From the NCBI GenBank assembly GCA_018675635.1, contig JABGXU010000008.1, positions 195,588 to 259,587 of the forward strand: 64,000 nt of DNA, read 5' to 3'. The notes beneath the pieces were generated by a model. The model ran no database searches and had not been told where the DNA came from. It saw nothing but the letters and a program-made list of their open reading frames with translations. Shown here in pieces: positions 19,744 to 30,158 of the stretch. The position numbers and the translations under genes were made by a program. How positions within the stretch are numbered: the stretch's first letter is position 1; each line of letters starts with the position of its first letter. The stretch is from Gammaproteobacteria bacterium (GTDB lineage: Bacteria > Pseudomonadota > Gammaproteobacteria > Poriferisulfidales > GCA-002705445).

Positions 19744-20229
19744 TTATTTTTTTGATCTTTTCCATTCACCAGAGGCGCCACCTTTCTTAGATTCAAGCAT
19801 AATATCACCTATAATCATTCCTCTATCGATAGATTTACACATATCGTATATTGTTAACAGTCCTATTTGTACAGCGGTAAGAGCTTCCATCTCCACACCT
19901 GTTTGTCCAGTTGTTTCAACAATTGCTTCGCATGATACAAACTTTTTTGTAGAATTAATTTTAAAAATAACTTTAACTGAAGATAAGTTTATATTATGAC
20001 AAAGCGGTATTAGTTCAGATGTTTTTTTTGATGATGTAATTGCAGCAATTCGTGCGATTCCAAGCACGTCTCCTTTTTTATGTGTTCCATCTTTAATTTT
20101 GTTAATAGAAATTACGGACATGAAGATTTTGCCGCTAGCAACAGCTATTCTATTCGTGATATCCTTATCTTTAATATCAACCATTTGGGCATCTCCAGTT
20201 TTAGTAAAATGCGTAAGGTTTTTTTTCAT
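19744..20229 (-). CDS. moaC: cyclic pyranopterin monophosphate synthase MoaC
   Basis: Start taken at MKKNLTHFT. LTHFTKTGDAQMVDI and GVEMEALTAV motifs. Confidence 0.85.
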   Translation of the reverse strand: MKKNLTHFTKTGDAQMVDIKDKDITNRIAVASGKIFMSVISINKIKDGTHKKGDVLGIARIAAITSSKKTSELIPLCHNINLSSVKVIFKINSTKKFVSCEAIVETTGQTGVEMEALTAVQIGLLTIYDMCKSIDRGMIIGDIMLESKKGGASGEWKRSKK

Positions 20230-20266
20230 TTTAATAAATTTTATTTTTTTATAGTGTAACAAAAAT

Positions 20267-20500
20267 ATGAATATAAAAGTAATTTACTTAGCAAGATTAT
20301 CAGAAGACTTAGGTAAAAAAGAAGAGTATATAGAATTAACAGAAAACAAGTCTTCAATTAGAGATATTTTTTTAAAACTTAAGCTAGATAAATTTGATTA
20401 TCAGATTTATTCAGCTAAAAACTATGAGCATGCTAGCTTAGATTCTATTGTAGTAGAAAAAGATGAAATTGCTTTTTTCCCAACAATAACCGGCGGTTGA
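20267..20500 (+). CDS. moaD: MoaD/ThiS-family sulfur carrier protein (probable MoaD)
   Basis: 77 aa ending in -TGG (Gly-Gly C-terminus); divergent from moaC. Confidence 0.65.
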   Translation: MNIKVIYLARLSEDLGKKEEYIELTENKSSIRDIFLKLKLDKFDYQIYSAKNYEHASLDSIVVEKDEIAFFPTITGG

Positions 20501-20505
20501 AAATT

Positions 20506-21873
20506 TTAGTTTATTAAGAGAAAGGCAGTTCTATTTTTTCTTTGAACATGAAGTACTATTCCAGAATCGTTTTTCCCAGCAATAATTTCTAAATCTTTAA
20601 TTTTTTGAACAGGAATATTATTTATTGATAATATTATATCATTGACTCTAATGCCCACTGAGTATGCTGGGCTATCTTTTTTTATTTTAGTAACTTTTAT
20701 ACCACTAATTTTCCCATATTCTGGCATATTCTCTAAAATTTCACTAAAAACCATTCCTTGCAACCTAGGATTTATTTTAATGCCAGTTTTATCTGATATT
20801 TTTGGTTCAACTATTTTTACTTTAATTTTAAGTATTTTTCCTTTTCTATTTACTTCCATAAGAATATTGGTATTAATTTTCAGAAGGCCAATTTTATTTC
20901 TCATTGAAGCAGCATTTTCAATTTTTTTGTTATTTAATTTTGTTATTACATCACCAATTTGTATACCTGCTTTATCAGCAGGAGAATTTTTTTGTACTTG
21001 GGTAACTATTGCTCCTTTTTCTGTATTTATCCCAAATGCTTTTGATAAGTCTTTGGTTAGATCTTGTGCGGCGACGCCAAGATAACCTCTTTTTACTTTA
21101 CCGTATTTAATTAATTGATCGGTAATATCTAGAGCCATATTTATTGGTATAGCTAAACCTATCCCAACACTTCCTGAGCTTCCTCTAGATCCTATTATCG
21201 CAGTATTAATACCTACAATCTCTCCTTTTAAATTAACTAATGCTCCACCAGAGTTGCCAGGATTTATAGATGCATCTGTTTGTATGAAATTTTCATAAGC
21301 CTCAATTCCTAAACCAGACCTTCCTAAGGCGCTTATTATTCCAGAAGTTACTGTTTGGCCAATACCAAATGGATTCCCAATAGCTACGACAAAATCCCCA
21401 ACTCTAGATTTTTCAGAATTTGCAAATTTTAATGATTGAAGGTTATCTGGTGTAATTTTTATTATGGCAATATCAGATGCAGGGTCTGTCCCTACTAAAC
21501 TAGCTTTAAATTCTCTACCATCCTGCAGTTTAACTTTAATATCTTTAGCTTTTGCAATTACATGATTGTTAGTAATAATATAGCCTTTTTTACTGTCTAT
21601 GATAACGCCAGAGCCTAGCCCAGCTCTGTTTTTCTTTTTAGATTGTTGTTGACCTGGAATATTAAAAAATTTTCTAAGAAAAGGATCATCAATGTATTGG
21701 TTTTTTTCTTCAGCTTCTCTAATAGTATAAATATTTACAACTGCAGGCGTAACATTTTCTAACATTGGAGCTAAGGAAGGAACACCAGCACTGAATAAAT
21801 TAGATGTGTTTGCAAATAATGTTGTAGATGTAAGGATCAATACTATAAGTAATAATTTTTTTAGAATTTTCAT
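20506..21873 (-). CDS. degP: periplasmic serine endoprotease DegP/DegQ (HtrA family)
   Basis: Signal peptide, trypsin-like GNSGGALVNLKGEIVGINTAI, two PDZ-like C-terminal segments. Confidence 0.9.
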   Translation of the reverse strand: MKILKKLLLIVLILTSTTLFANTSNLFSAGVPSLAPMLENVTPAVVNIYTIREAEEKNQYIDDPFLRKFFNIPGQQQSKKKNRAGLGSGVIIDSKKGYIITNNHVIAKAKDIKVKLQDGREFKASLVGTDPASDIAIIKITPDNLQSLKFANSEKSRVGDFVVAIGNPFGIGQTVTSGIISALGRSGLGIEAYENFIQTDASINPGNSGGALVNLKGEIVGINTAIIGSRGSSGSVGIGLAIPINMALDITDQLIKYGKVKRGYLGVAAQDLTKDLSKAFGINTEKGAIVTQVQKNSPADKAGIQIGDVITKLNNKKIENAASMRNKIGLLKINTNILMEVNRKGKILKIKVKIVEPKISDKTGIKINPRLQGMVFSEILENMPEYGKISGIKVTKIKKDSPAYSVGIRVNDIILSINNIPVQKIKDLEIIAGKNDSGIVLHVQRKNRTAFLLIN

Positions 21874-21883
21874 TGTTTTTTAG

Positions 21884-22369
21884 TTACGTTTTATTTTCAA
21901 ATTTTCCTAAATCTATATTTTTTCTGACATTATCAGATCGAAATACTCTTCCACTCATTGCAATATAAACACCATTTTCTAAACTTACAGCAGCAGCATA
22001 TGCAAATCCAGAATTAAATATAGCATCTGTTTTTCTAAATCTTGCTGGTTGCATAGAGCCTGTAAGAACTATAGTTTTATTTTCAATGTTTTCTAAGCAC
22101 TTTGCTGTTTCTATCATCGTGTCAGTTCCATGAGTAATTATAATTTTATCTTCTTCGCAATTTTTTACAGCATTTTTTATTATTTCCCTTTCTTCTTGGG
22201 TTATATCTAAACTATCTTTTTTTAAAATTGATTGTACTCGGTAGTCAGAAGTAACGTTTCCTTCATCAAGTATAGATGATATACAAGGTTCGCCAATACT
22301 ATATTCACTATTGGCATCAAAATAAACTTTGTCAAATGTGCCCCCGGTCGTAAGGATTGCTACTTTCAT
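21884..22369 (-). CDS. asparaginase N-terminal-domain protein (short form)
   Basis: Start taken at MKVAILTTGGTF with GGAG 11 nt upstream. TGGT and THGTDTM threonine motifs. Only about 160 aa, with no C-terminal domain. Confidence 0.5.
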   Translation of the reverse strand: MKVAILTTGGTFDKVYFDANSEYSIGEPCISSILDEGNVTSDYRVQSILKKDSLDITQEEREIIKNAVKNCEEDKIIITHGTDTMIETAKCLENIENKTIVLTGSMQPARFRKTDAIFNSGFAYAAAVSLENGVYIAMSGRVFRSDNVRKNIDLGKFENKT

Positions 22370-22484
22370 ATTAATATACTCCAATACAATTAATGCTATG
22401 TTATTATGTCGAGATTGTAATTCTTCATAAAAATAGGAAATAAGCAAATTTATTTTATTTATTTAATAACTTGGAATATTTAAT

Positions 22485-23201
22485 ATGAGAAAAAATGGAA
22501 GAAAGCCTAACCAACTAAGGGATATAAGGATTACTAAGGATTATATTTCTCACCCAGAAGGATCGGTATTAGTCGAGTTTGGTAAAACAAAAGTTATTTG
22601 TAATGCCACAGTTGATAATAATGTTCCAAGATTTCTTAAGGGGCAAAGTACTGGTTGGGTTACAGCTGAATATGGAATGCTTCCAAGATCAACCAATGAA
22701 AGGATGAGAAGAGAGGCAAAAAATAGACAGAGTGGTAGAACCATGGAAATTCAAAGATTAATTGGGAGATCTTTAAGGTCTGCAGTAAATTTGGACAAAA
22801 TTGGCGAAAGAACAATAACAATTGATTGCGATGTAATTCAGGCTGATGGCGGAACCAGAACTGCGTCAATTACTGGGGGCTTTGTAGCGCTTTATTTAGC
22901 CGTCAGAAATTTAGATAGCGAAGATTTTAGTTCGGCTGATGCAATTAAGTCTTTTACTGGGTCTGTTTCGTTAGGTAAAGTTAATAATGAAATTGTTCTA
23001 GATCTTGATTACGAAGAAGATTCAAACGCTGAAACAGATATGAATTTTGTGATGAATGAAGATGGAAATTTTATTGAGATTCAGGGAACTGCTGAAGCTG
23101 GTTTTTTTTCGCAGGATGAATTAAATCAAATGATATCTTTGGCTACTGAAGGTATAAGATCTATTATTGAGATTCAAAAAAATGCTCTAAATAGTGTATG
23201 A
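22485..23201 (+). CDS. rph: ribonuclease PH
   Basis: 238 aa; [12 protein letters not shown]...[15 protein letters not shown] matches RNase PH. Confidence 0.95.
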   Translation: MRKNGRKPNQLRDIRITKDYISHPEGSVLVEFGKTKVICNATVDNNVPRFLKGQSTGWVTAEYGMLPRSTNERMRREAKNRQSGRTMEIQRLIGRSLRSAVNLDKIGERTITIDCDVIQADGGTRTASITGGFVALYLAVRNLDSEDFSSADAIKSFTGSVSLGKVNNEIVLDLDYEEDSNAETDMNFVMNEDGNFIEIQGTAEAGFFSQDELNQMISLATEGIRSIIEIQKNALNSV

Positions 23202-23803
23202 ATAAAATTGTTATTGCCTCAAATAATCAGCATAAAATTAATGAATTTAATAAAATCTTAGGCCGCGAGGATGTGAAATTCATATCCCAGTCTGAGCTCA
23301 ATATTACTGAAGCAGCTGAGACTGGTTTAACATTTGTAGAAAATGCTATATTAAAAGCAAGAAATGCTTGTTTATTTTCAGGTATACCATCAATTGCAGA
23401 TGATTCAGGGATTGAAGTCGATGCTTTATCAGGAAGACCAGGTATTTATTCAGCTAGATATGCAGGTGATAATTGCGATGATTATGCAAACAATAAATTA
23501 TTACTAAAGGAACTTTCAAATGTTCCTTTTGAAAGAAGAAACGCAAGATATCATTGCGCAATAGTTTTTTTAAGTAAACATGATTGTTCAATGCCAAAAA
23601 TATTTAATGCAACATGGGAGGGTGTTATTGGAAGCAAGGAAATAGGTGATAATGGATTTGGTTACGATCCATTATTCTTTTTACCAACGCTAAATTGCAC
23701 CGCTGCTGAGCTCTCAGAAGATGAAAAAAATACAATTAGCCATCGTGGTAAAGCTTTGAATTTGTTTAAAAAAGAAATTAAGGAAATAATATTAAAATAC
23801 TAG
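23198..23803 (+). CDS. rdgB: dITP/XTP pyrophosphatase RdgB (Ham1 family)
   Basis: 201 aa; [14 protein letters not shown] and C-terminal SHRGKAL motifs; overlaps the rph stop. Confidence 0.9.
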   Translation: MNKIVIASNNQHKINEFNKILGREDVKFISQSELNITEAAETGLTFVENAILKARNACLFSGIPSIADDSGIEVDALSGRPGIYSARYAGDNCDDYANNKLLLKELSNVPFERRNARYHCAIVFLSKHDCSMPKIFNATWEGVIGSKEIGDNGFGYDPLFFLPTLNCTAAELSEDEKNTISHRGKALNLFKKEIKEIILKY

Positions 23804-23880
23804 CTATTTTTTATATAAATAATGTAAATTTTTATTGATTTTTTTAATTTTCTTCTAAATCTAGCATGGAATAAGGTTAT

Positions 23881-24243
23881 TTATTCACAGTTATTTTTTT
23901 GTCAACTTCTTTTATAAATTTATTAAAAATAAATTAGCGTTAAAAATTATTAATTTTTATTTAATAAAATCAATAAGTTATATTGTACAAAAAATGAACA
24001 ATTTAGTAATTATTAAAGAATGTTTGCCGTGTGATTAAAAAACTAAGTTTTTTGCACAGACTTATCCACAATTTTTGTGGATATAAAAAATATCCTTAAA
24101 AACAGTAATTTATATAGATATATTAAAATTTATTACCAAATAATAGGCTAACTATGGTAAAAATACCTACCAATTCATTATATTATTATTGTCTTATAGA
24201 CGATATTACTTGTAGGTATTTAGTTCTTTAGGTATTATTCACT
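23881..24243. promoter_or_regulatory. cluster of DnaA-box-like 9-mers in AT-rich intergenic region
   Basis: TTATTCACA at 23881-23889. TGTGATTAA (rc TTAATCACA) at 24030-24038. Perfect consensus TTATCCACA at 24062-24070. TGTGGATAT (rc ATATCCACA) at 24077-24085, forming an inverted repeat with the previous box. TTATTCACT at 24235-24243. Confidence 0.5.
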
Positions 24244-24267
24244 CTCTTAATTTACAATAAAGATATT

Positions 24268-24474
24268 ATGCAAAAAAATATTCATCCAAAATATAATGAA
24301 ATAGAGGTTGTTTGTAGTTGTGGTAACAAATTTATAACAAAATCTACATATAAAGACTCGGTTCTTTCTATAGACGTATGTTCTCAATGTCATCCTTTTT
24401 ATACTGGAAAGCAAAAGATATTAGATACCGCAGGTCAGGTAGATAAGTTTAAAAAGAGATATAGCAAAACATAA
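24268..24474 (+). CDS. rpmE: 50S ribosomal protein L31 (Zn-ribbon type)
   Basis: 68 aa; CSCGN...[10 protein letters not shown] zinc motif. Confidence 0.95.
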   Translation: MQKNIHPKYNEIEVVCSCGNKFITKSTYKDSVLSIDVCSQCHPFYTGKQKILDTAGQVDKFKKRYSKT

Positions 24475-24526
24475 ATTTTATCTAATTCTGCTTTATATTC
24501 ATTGTTTTTTTCGGCAATATTAGCTT

Positions 24527-25993
24527 ATGGATAGACGCGGATTTTTAAAAGCTTCAACTTTATTTTCATTATCTGGAATATTGCCCTCCTGTGCAACTAA
24601 TCCAGTAACTGGTGAAACGGATCTAATGCTTTTATCTGAAGATGAGGAAGCAGAATTAGGAAGAACTTCTCATATCGAAGTGATGAAAGCTTATAGGCCT
24701 TACATAAACCCTGAATTGGTAAAATACGTAACTTCATTGGGTGAAAAATTAGCTTCGGTTAGCCATAGAAAGGAGTTAATTTATCATTTTACAGTTTTAG
24801 ATAGCCCGCACGTCAATGCTTTTGCTATACCTGGAGGCTATATTTATATAACTAGGGGTATGATGGCTTATTTAGGAAGTGAGGCAGAGTTATGTGGTGT
24901 TTTAGGCCATGAGCTTGGGCACATTACAGCGAGACATGGTGTAAAACAGTATTCTAAAAATCAAGTTACAAATATTTTTTCAACCGTATTTTCAATATTA
25001 ATTGGTAGTAGGCAACTAGCAAATATAAGTCAATTAGCTACAGCAGCCATATTAAGAGGATTTGGAAGAGAGGCTGAGTTAGAAGCCGATAGAGTAGGAG
25101 CTGAGTATTTAGGAAACCTTGGGTATGATCCTGACGCTTTAATAAATGTTATAGCTGTTCTTAAAAACCAAGAAGAGTTTGATAAAGTTCTAGCCAAAGA
25201 AGAGAATAGAGAACCTTATGCATATCATGGAGTATTTTCTACACATCCTAATAATGATAAAAGACTGCAGGAAGTTATAAAAGCTGTAAAAGATAATTTT
25301 AGTGAAAAAACTATAGATGAAAATAAAGAAAAATATTTAAGAATTATTGATGGAATGCCTTTTGGACCTGGTGACGGGCAAGGTTCAGCAAGAGGCTCAA
25401 GTTTTTATCATGCAGATCTAGATTTTACAGTTAAATTTCCAAAAGATTGGAAAATAGAAAATTTGCCAACTACTGTATTGTCAACTTCAAAGAATAGAGA
25501 AACATTAATAGAATTATCTATGAGAGATTTAAATAGAAAAATTTCTGCAGAAGAATTAGTAAAAAGACTTTATGGCAAACATGTAACTGGGGGTAAAAAT
25601 ATAATTACACCAGATTATAACGGGTATGCAGCAAATGTAGAGCTTGATACTTCTTTTGGAAAAAGTCATAAATGTAGAGTAGCTATATTATATAAAAATA
25701 AAAAAGAGGCGTTTCAATTTATTGCAACTACTAAATCAGAATCTGATTTTGAAAAATACATTGATGATTTTGATAAAACTATTAGAAGTATAAGAAAACT
25801 AAAAACAGAAGAGAAGGAGCTGGGGCAGTCAAAAAAGATAAAAATGTATAAAGTTAAAAAAGGAGATACCTTTAGAGGCCTGTCTGCAAAAAGTTCTTTC
25901 AGTACACATGCAGAAAATAGACTTAGAGTCCTTAATAATATGTACCCATCAGGAGAACCAATACCTGGTAATTATATAAAATTAGTATATTAA
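24527..25993 (+). CDS. M48-family zinc metalloprotease with C-terminal LysM-like domain
   Basis: HELGHITARH (HExxH). N-terminal RRGFLK twin-arginine-like signal followed by ..LPSC. C-terminal YKVKKGDTFRGLSAK...LNNM LysM-like segment. Confidence 0.75.
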   Translation: MDRRGFLKASTLFSLSGILPSCATNPVTGETDLMLLSEDEEAELGRTSHIEVMKAYRPYINPELVKYVTSLGEKLASVSHRKELIYHFTVLDSPHVNAFAIPGGYIYITRGMMAYLGSEAELCGVLGHELGHITARHGVKQYSKNQVTNIFSTVFSILIGSRQLANISQLATAAILRGFGREAELEADRVGAEYLGNLGYDPDALINVIAVLKNQEEFDKVLAKEENREPYAYHGVFSTHPNNDKRLQEVIKAVKDNFSEKTIDENKEKYLRIIDGMPFGPGDGQGSARGSSFYHADLDFTVKFPKDWKIENLPTTVLSTSKNRETLIELSMRDLNRKISAEELVKRLYGKHVTGGKNIITPDYNGYAANVELDTSFGKSHKCRVAILYKNKKEAFQFIATTKSESDFEKYIDDFDKTIRSIRKLKTEEKELGQSKKIKMYKVKKGDTFRGLSAKSSFSTHAENRLRVLNNMYPSGEPIPGNYIKLVY

Positions 25994-25994
25994 T

Positions 25995-27572
25995 ATGAAA
26001 CTAAAATATTTTTTTTTCAATTTTTTATTTTTTTTGGTTTTATGTCTAATATCTAACAACTCTTATTCAGATAACATTTTTAGTTCTATCAATAAAAATA
26101 CTAAAACTTTTTTAAAAATAGATGATGCGTTTAAAGTGTCTTTATTTCAAAAAAATAAAGAATTAATAATAATTAATTATAAAATTCATAATGGTTATTA
26201 TTTATACAAAGATAAGATAAAATTATTTATTAATGATAAAGAATTTTATGATTTTAGTACTCCAGCGTCAAAAACTAAAGAAGATGAATTTTTTGGCATA
26301 AGTGAAATATATGACTCAGATTTTATAATTTCTGTAAATTATCCAGGAAATATATATTCTCTAGTGGTTCATTACCAAGGTTGCGCAAATAAGGGATTAT
26401 GTTACCCCCCAATGAAAAAAGAATTAATTTCGTCTTACTTAAGTAAAAAAAAGGATTTTGTTAAAATTAAAGTATCTGAGCCTGATTATATTTTTGAAAA
26501 AATATTATCAAATAATATTTTTATAAATATTTTATTATTTATTGGTTTTGGATTATTGCTTTCTTTCACACCATGTATTCTTCCAATGATTCCTATATTA
26601 TCTGGTGTAATTTTGAAATCTAATGCAATAAACACTAAAAACTCTTTTTTATTATCTTTTTATTATGTTCTAGGCTTAACTTTTGTTTACTTATTAATGG
26701 GTTTATTTTTAGGTTATGCAGCAAGTATTTACAATATACAAAGCGTGTTTCAAAAACCTATTTATTTATTAATATTTATTTTTATTCTTATAGCGCTTTC
26801 TTTTTCTATGTTTGGGTTTTATGAAATTAGAATTCCTAGAAACATACAAGGATGGGCAATATCTTTTAGCGATAAAACGAACACTGGGAAATATAGTAGT
26901 TCTTTTGTGATGGGTTTTGTGTCTGCATTAATTGTTGGGCCATGTGTTGCGCCTCCATTAGCTGGAATTTTTTTATATGTTACTGCAGAAAATCCTGGTT
27001 CATTAGTAACAGGTATACTTTTCTTTAGCTTAGGGCTAGGAATGAGTATTCCATTATTAGTCTATGGAACATTTATTGGTAAATATGTGCCAAAAACAGG
27101 TAAATGGATGAAATATATTAATTATTTTATAGGAGTTTTGCTATTATTTGTTGCACTTACATTTATTGATAGATTAGTGCCAATTTTAAAATTCAGTAGC
27201 CAAGAATCTAATTTAATTTTTAAAAAAGTTGAAAATGTTAAAGATCTTAAGAGGTATTTAAGATTAGATAATGATAAGATAACTCTAGTTGACGTGTACG
27301 CAGACTGGTGTGTTGAATGCAAGTTGATGGAGCAAAAAACTTTTAGTAATACTGAGGTAGAAAGTTTACTAAAAGATTTAAATTTACTTAAAGTAGACGT
27401 TACAAATAATAAAAAAGAAGACGTTGAGATATTGAAATATTTAAAAGTTATAGGACCACCAGCGTACAAATTTTTTGATATTCATGGAGATGAAATTAAA
27501 GCATATGGAATTCAAGGATATATGGGGCCATTAGAATTCAAGTTACATTTGCAAGAATTAAAAAATCATTGA
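25995..27572 (+). CDS. dsbD: thiol:disulfide interchange protein DsbD
   Basis: Signal peptide, N-terminal beta domain, central membrane domain with CILPMIP and C..AP, and C-terminal thioredoxin WCVECK. Confidence 0.9.
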   Translation: MKLKYFFFNFLFFLVLCLISNNSYSDNIFSSINKNTKTFLKIDDAFKVSLFQKNKELIIINYKIHNGYYLYKDKIKLFINDKEFYDFSTPASKTKEDEFFGISEIYDSDFIISVNYPGNIYSLVVHYQGCANKGLCYPPMKKELISSYLSKKKDFVKIKVSEPDYIFEKILSNNIFINILLFIGFGLLLSFTPCILPMIPILSGVILKSNAINTKNSFLLSFYYVLGLTFVYLLMGLFLGYAASIYNIQSVFQKPIYLLIFIFILIALSFSMFGFYEIRIPRNIQGWAISFSDKTNTGKYSSSFVMGFVSALIVGPCVAPPLAGIFLYVTAENPGSLVTGILFFSLGLGMSIPLLVYGTFIGKYVPKTGKWMKYINYFIGVLLLFVALTFIDRLVPILKFSSQESNLIFKKVENVKDLKRYLRLDNDKITLVDVYADWCVECKLMEQKTFSNTEVESLLKDLNLLKVDVTNNKKEDVEILKYLKVIGPPAYKFFDIHGDEIKAYGIQGYMGPLEFKLHLQELKNH

Positions 27573-27636
27573 TTTAAAACAAATATCATGTTATTTTAAA
27601 GAAGATAACCGAAATTAGACGAATTTAGAAGAAATT

Positions 27637-28083
27637 ATGAGTACAATCCTTATTCTTAATGGGCCGAACCTTAACCTTTTGGGTGAGCGCGAGCCTGAAA
27701 TATATGGGCATGACTCTTTGAAAGATATTTCAGATAACCTAGATAAAGTAGCAAAAAAAATAGATGTGACTTTAAATCATCAGCAATTTAATTCTGAATC
27801 AGAATTAATTGATACTATACATATAGCGTCAAAAGAAAAAATAGATTTTATTATATTTAACCCTGGAGCTTTTACGCATACAAGTATTGCATTAAGAGAT
27901 GCATTATTAGGAGTTTCAATACCTTTTATTGAAATTCACATTTCTAATGTTTTTGCTAGAGAAGACTTTAGAAAGCAGTCTTATTTGTCTGATATAGCTA
28001 TCGGAGTAATTTCAGGACATGGAATTTACGGATATGAACTAGCCTTAATGTCAGCTTTAAATATTATTGATAAAGGAAAATAA
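27637..28083 (+). CDS. aroQ: 3-dehydroquinate dehydratase type II
   Basis: 148 aa; [22 protein letters not shown]-terminus. Confidence 0.95.
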   Translation: MSTILILNGPNLNLLGEREPEIYGHDSLKDISDNLDKVAKKIDVTLNHQQFNSESELIDTIHIASKEKIDFIIFNPGAFTHTSIALRDALLGVSIPFIEIHISNVFAREDFRKQSYLSDIAIGVISGHGIYGYELALMSALNIIDKGK

Positions 28084-28085
28084 TT

Positions 28086-28553
28086 GTGGATATAAGAAAA
28101 GTAAAAAAATTAATGGAGATGCTTGAGGAATCAGATTTAGAAGAAATGGAAATTATAGAGGGTGAAGAATCGATTCGCCTTAGCAAGACATCAAGTAATA
28201 TAGCTGTAAATACCACAAACCCAATACCAGATAATATAAATTCAAATAGCACTACACAGAGTCAAAACAAAGTTAGTAATCTAGACTCTGCAGGTTCGGA
28301 GGAAATTTTACGAGTATCTGGTCATGAAATAAAATCACCGATGGTTGGAACTTTTTACGAAGCAGCTGTACCTGGGTCCAAGCCATTTGTAAGCGTTGGA
28401 GATAATGTAAAGATCGGAGATACTCTTTGTATTATAGAGGCAATGAAAATGCTAAATCAAATTGAAGCTGATAAATCAGGCGTCATAAAATCTATTCTTG
28501 TAGAAAATGCTCAACCCGTAGAATTTAATCAAGTTTTATTCATAGTAGAGTAG
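28086..28553 (+). CDS. accB: acetyl-CoA carboxylase biotin carboxyl carrier protein
   Basis: GTG start; biotinylation motif [12 protein letters not shown]. Confidence 0.95.
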   Translation: MDIRKVKKLMEMLEESDLEEMEIIEGEESIRLSKTSSNIAVNTTNPIPDNINSNSTTQSQNKVSNLDSAGSEEILRVSGHEIKSPMVGTFYEAAVPGSKPFVSVGDNVKIGDTLCIIEAMKMLNQIEADKSGVIKSILVENAQPVEFNQVLFIVE

Positions 28554-28556
28554 AAA

Positions 28557-29912
28557 ATGATTAAAAAGTTATTGATAGCAAATAGAGGCGAAATAGCATT
28601 ACGTATTTTAAGAGCATGCAAGGATCTGGGAATTAAAACTGTAGCAGTTCATTCAGAAGTGGATAGAAATTTAATGCATGTAAAATTAGCTGATGAGTCT
28701 GTATGCATAGGCCCAGCTGACTCTAAAGAAAGTTATTTATCGTCGTCATCTATTATTAGTGCAGCAGAAATTACAAATTCTGATGCTATTCATCCTGGGT
28801 TTGGTTTCTTATCAGAAAATGCTGATTTTGCAGAACAGGTTATAAAATCAGATTTTATATTTGTTGGTCCAAAATCTGAAACAATAAGATTAATGGGGGA
28901 TAAAATCTTAGCGAAAAAAGCTATGAATGATGTAGGTATTACAGGAATACCTGGCTCTAAAGGACCAGTATCTAAAGACAATAAAGAAAATAAAAAAATA
29001 GCTAAATCTGTAGGTTATCCCGTATTGATTAAAGCATCACATGGTGGTGGTGGTCGCGGAATGCGAGTAGTAGAGCACGAACAAAACCTCGAAGAAGCTA
29101 TAAAGCTAACAAAAAATGAAGCCAAATTAGCATTTGGCAATGATACAGTTTTTATAGAAAAATTTTTAGAAACTCCAAGACATATAGAATTTCAAGTTCT
29201 TTGTGATAATTTTGGTAATTCTATATGTTTAGGTGAAAGAGATTGTTCAATGCAAAGAAAGCACCAAAAAGTTATCGAGGAAGCACCTGCTATTGGTGTA
29301 TCGGCCGTGGTCAGAAAAAAAATGATGAAATTGGTTGTTAGCGCATGTAAGAAAATAAACTACATTGGCGCAGGAACATTTGAGTTTTTATATCAAAATG
29401 ATGAATTTTATTTTATTGAAATGAATACAAGAATTCAGGTAGAGCATCCAGTAACAGAAATGATTACAGGTATTGATATTGTTAGGCAGCAATTATTGAT
29501 AGCTTCAGGGGAAAAAATTGGTTATTCACAAGAGCAAGTAGAAATAAAAGGCCATGCAATAGAGTGTAGAATAAATGCTGAAAATTCAAAAACTTTTATT
29601 CCATGTCCTGGAAAAATAGAGCAATTTCATGCTCCAGGTGGACCTGGAGTAAGGATGGATACTCATATATATAATGGTTATACAGTTCCCCCAAATTATG
29701 ATTCAATGATAGGTAAGCTAATATCATATGGTAATAATAGGAATGCTGCCATCAGAAGAATGAGTAACGCTTTAAACGAAATTGTTATAGACGGAATTGA
29801 GACTAATATTGATCTTCAAAAAAAATTAATTGTGGATCCTGAATTTCAAAAAGGTGGTTTTAGTATAAATTATTTAGAAAATAAATTTAAAAAAGAAAAT
29901 GGATCAAGATAA
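28557..29912 (+). CDS. accC: acetyl-CoA carboxylase biotin carboxylase subunit
   Basis: 451 aa ATP-grasp; [14 protein letters not shown] and [14 protein letters not shown] motifs. Confidence 0.95.
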   Translation: MIKKLLIANRGEIALRILRACKDLGIKTVAVHSEVDRNLMHVKLADESVCIGPADSKESYLSSSSIISAAEITNSDAIHPGFGFLSENADFAEQVIKSDFIFVGPKSETIRLMGDKILAKKAMNDVGITGIPGSKGPVSKDNKENKKIAKSVGYPVLIKASHGGGGRGMRVVEHEQNLEEAIKLTKNEAKLAFGNDTVFIEKFLETPRHIEFQVLCDNFGNSICLGERDCSMQRKHQKVIEEAPAIGVSAVVRKKMMKLVVSACKKINYIGAGTFEFLYQNDEFYFIEMNTRIQVEHPVTEMITGIDIVRQQLLIASGEKIGYSQEQVEIKGHAIECRINAENSKTFIPCPGKIEQFHAPGGPGVRMDTHIYNGYTVPPNYDSMIGKLISYGNNRNAAIRRMSNALNEIVIDGIETNIDLQKKLIVDPEFQKGGFSINYLENKFKKENGSR

Positions 29913-30144
29913 GTCAAATAAATTACTTAGAGAATTTGTAAGACAATCAATGAAAGAGTATTTTAAAAAAACTGATGGTTTTCCAATAAATAATATATAT
30001 GGTTTAGTAGTTGGAGAGGTCGAAAAGCCATTAATTGAAGAGACAATTAAATATTGCAAAGGCAATCAGTCTAAAGCTTCAGAGATACTTGGTTTAAGTA
30101 GAGGTACTTTAAGGAAAAAAATGAAGCAGTATAATATTACATAA
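29899..30144 (+). CDS. fis: Fis-family DNA-binding protein
   Basis: 81 aa; C-terminal [29 protein letters not shown]; fis-purH-purD order as in Pseudomonas. Confidence 0.8.
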   Translation: MDQDKSNKLLREFVRQSMKEYFKKTDGFPINNIYGLVVGEVEKPLIEETIKYCKGNQSKASEILGLSRGTLRKKMKQYNIT

Positions 30145-30158
30145 ATAGGTACTAGATT

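Noticed and set aside
19557-19808. 83-aa ORF overlapping the 3' end of moaC
   Set aside because: It overlaps moaC by 65 nt in another frame, has no recognisable motif and no RBS. The moaC-yggX gap is more likely plain intergenic/promoter DNA.
22369-22447. N-terminal 26-aa extension of the asparaginase-like ORF (MLISYFYEEL...)
   Set aside because: The internal ATG at 22369 is preceded by GGAG at proper spacing and begins the conserved MKVAILTTGGT asparaginase N-terminus. The upstream extension is probably untranslated.
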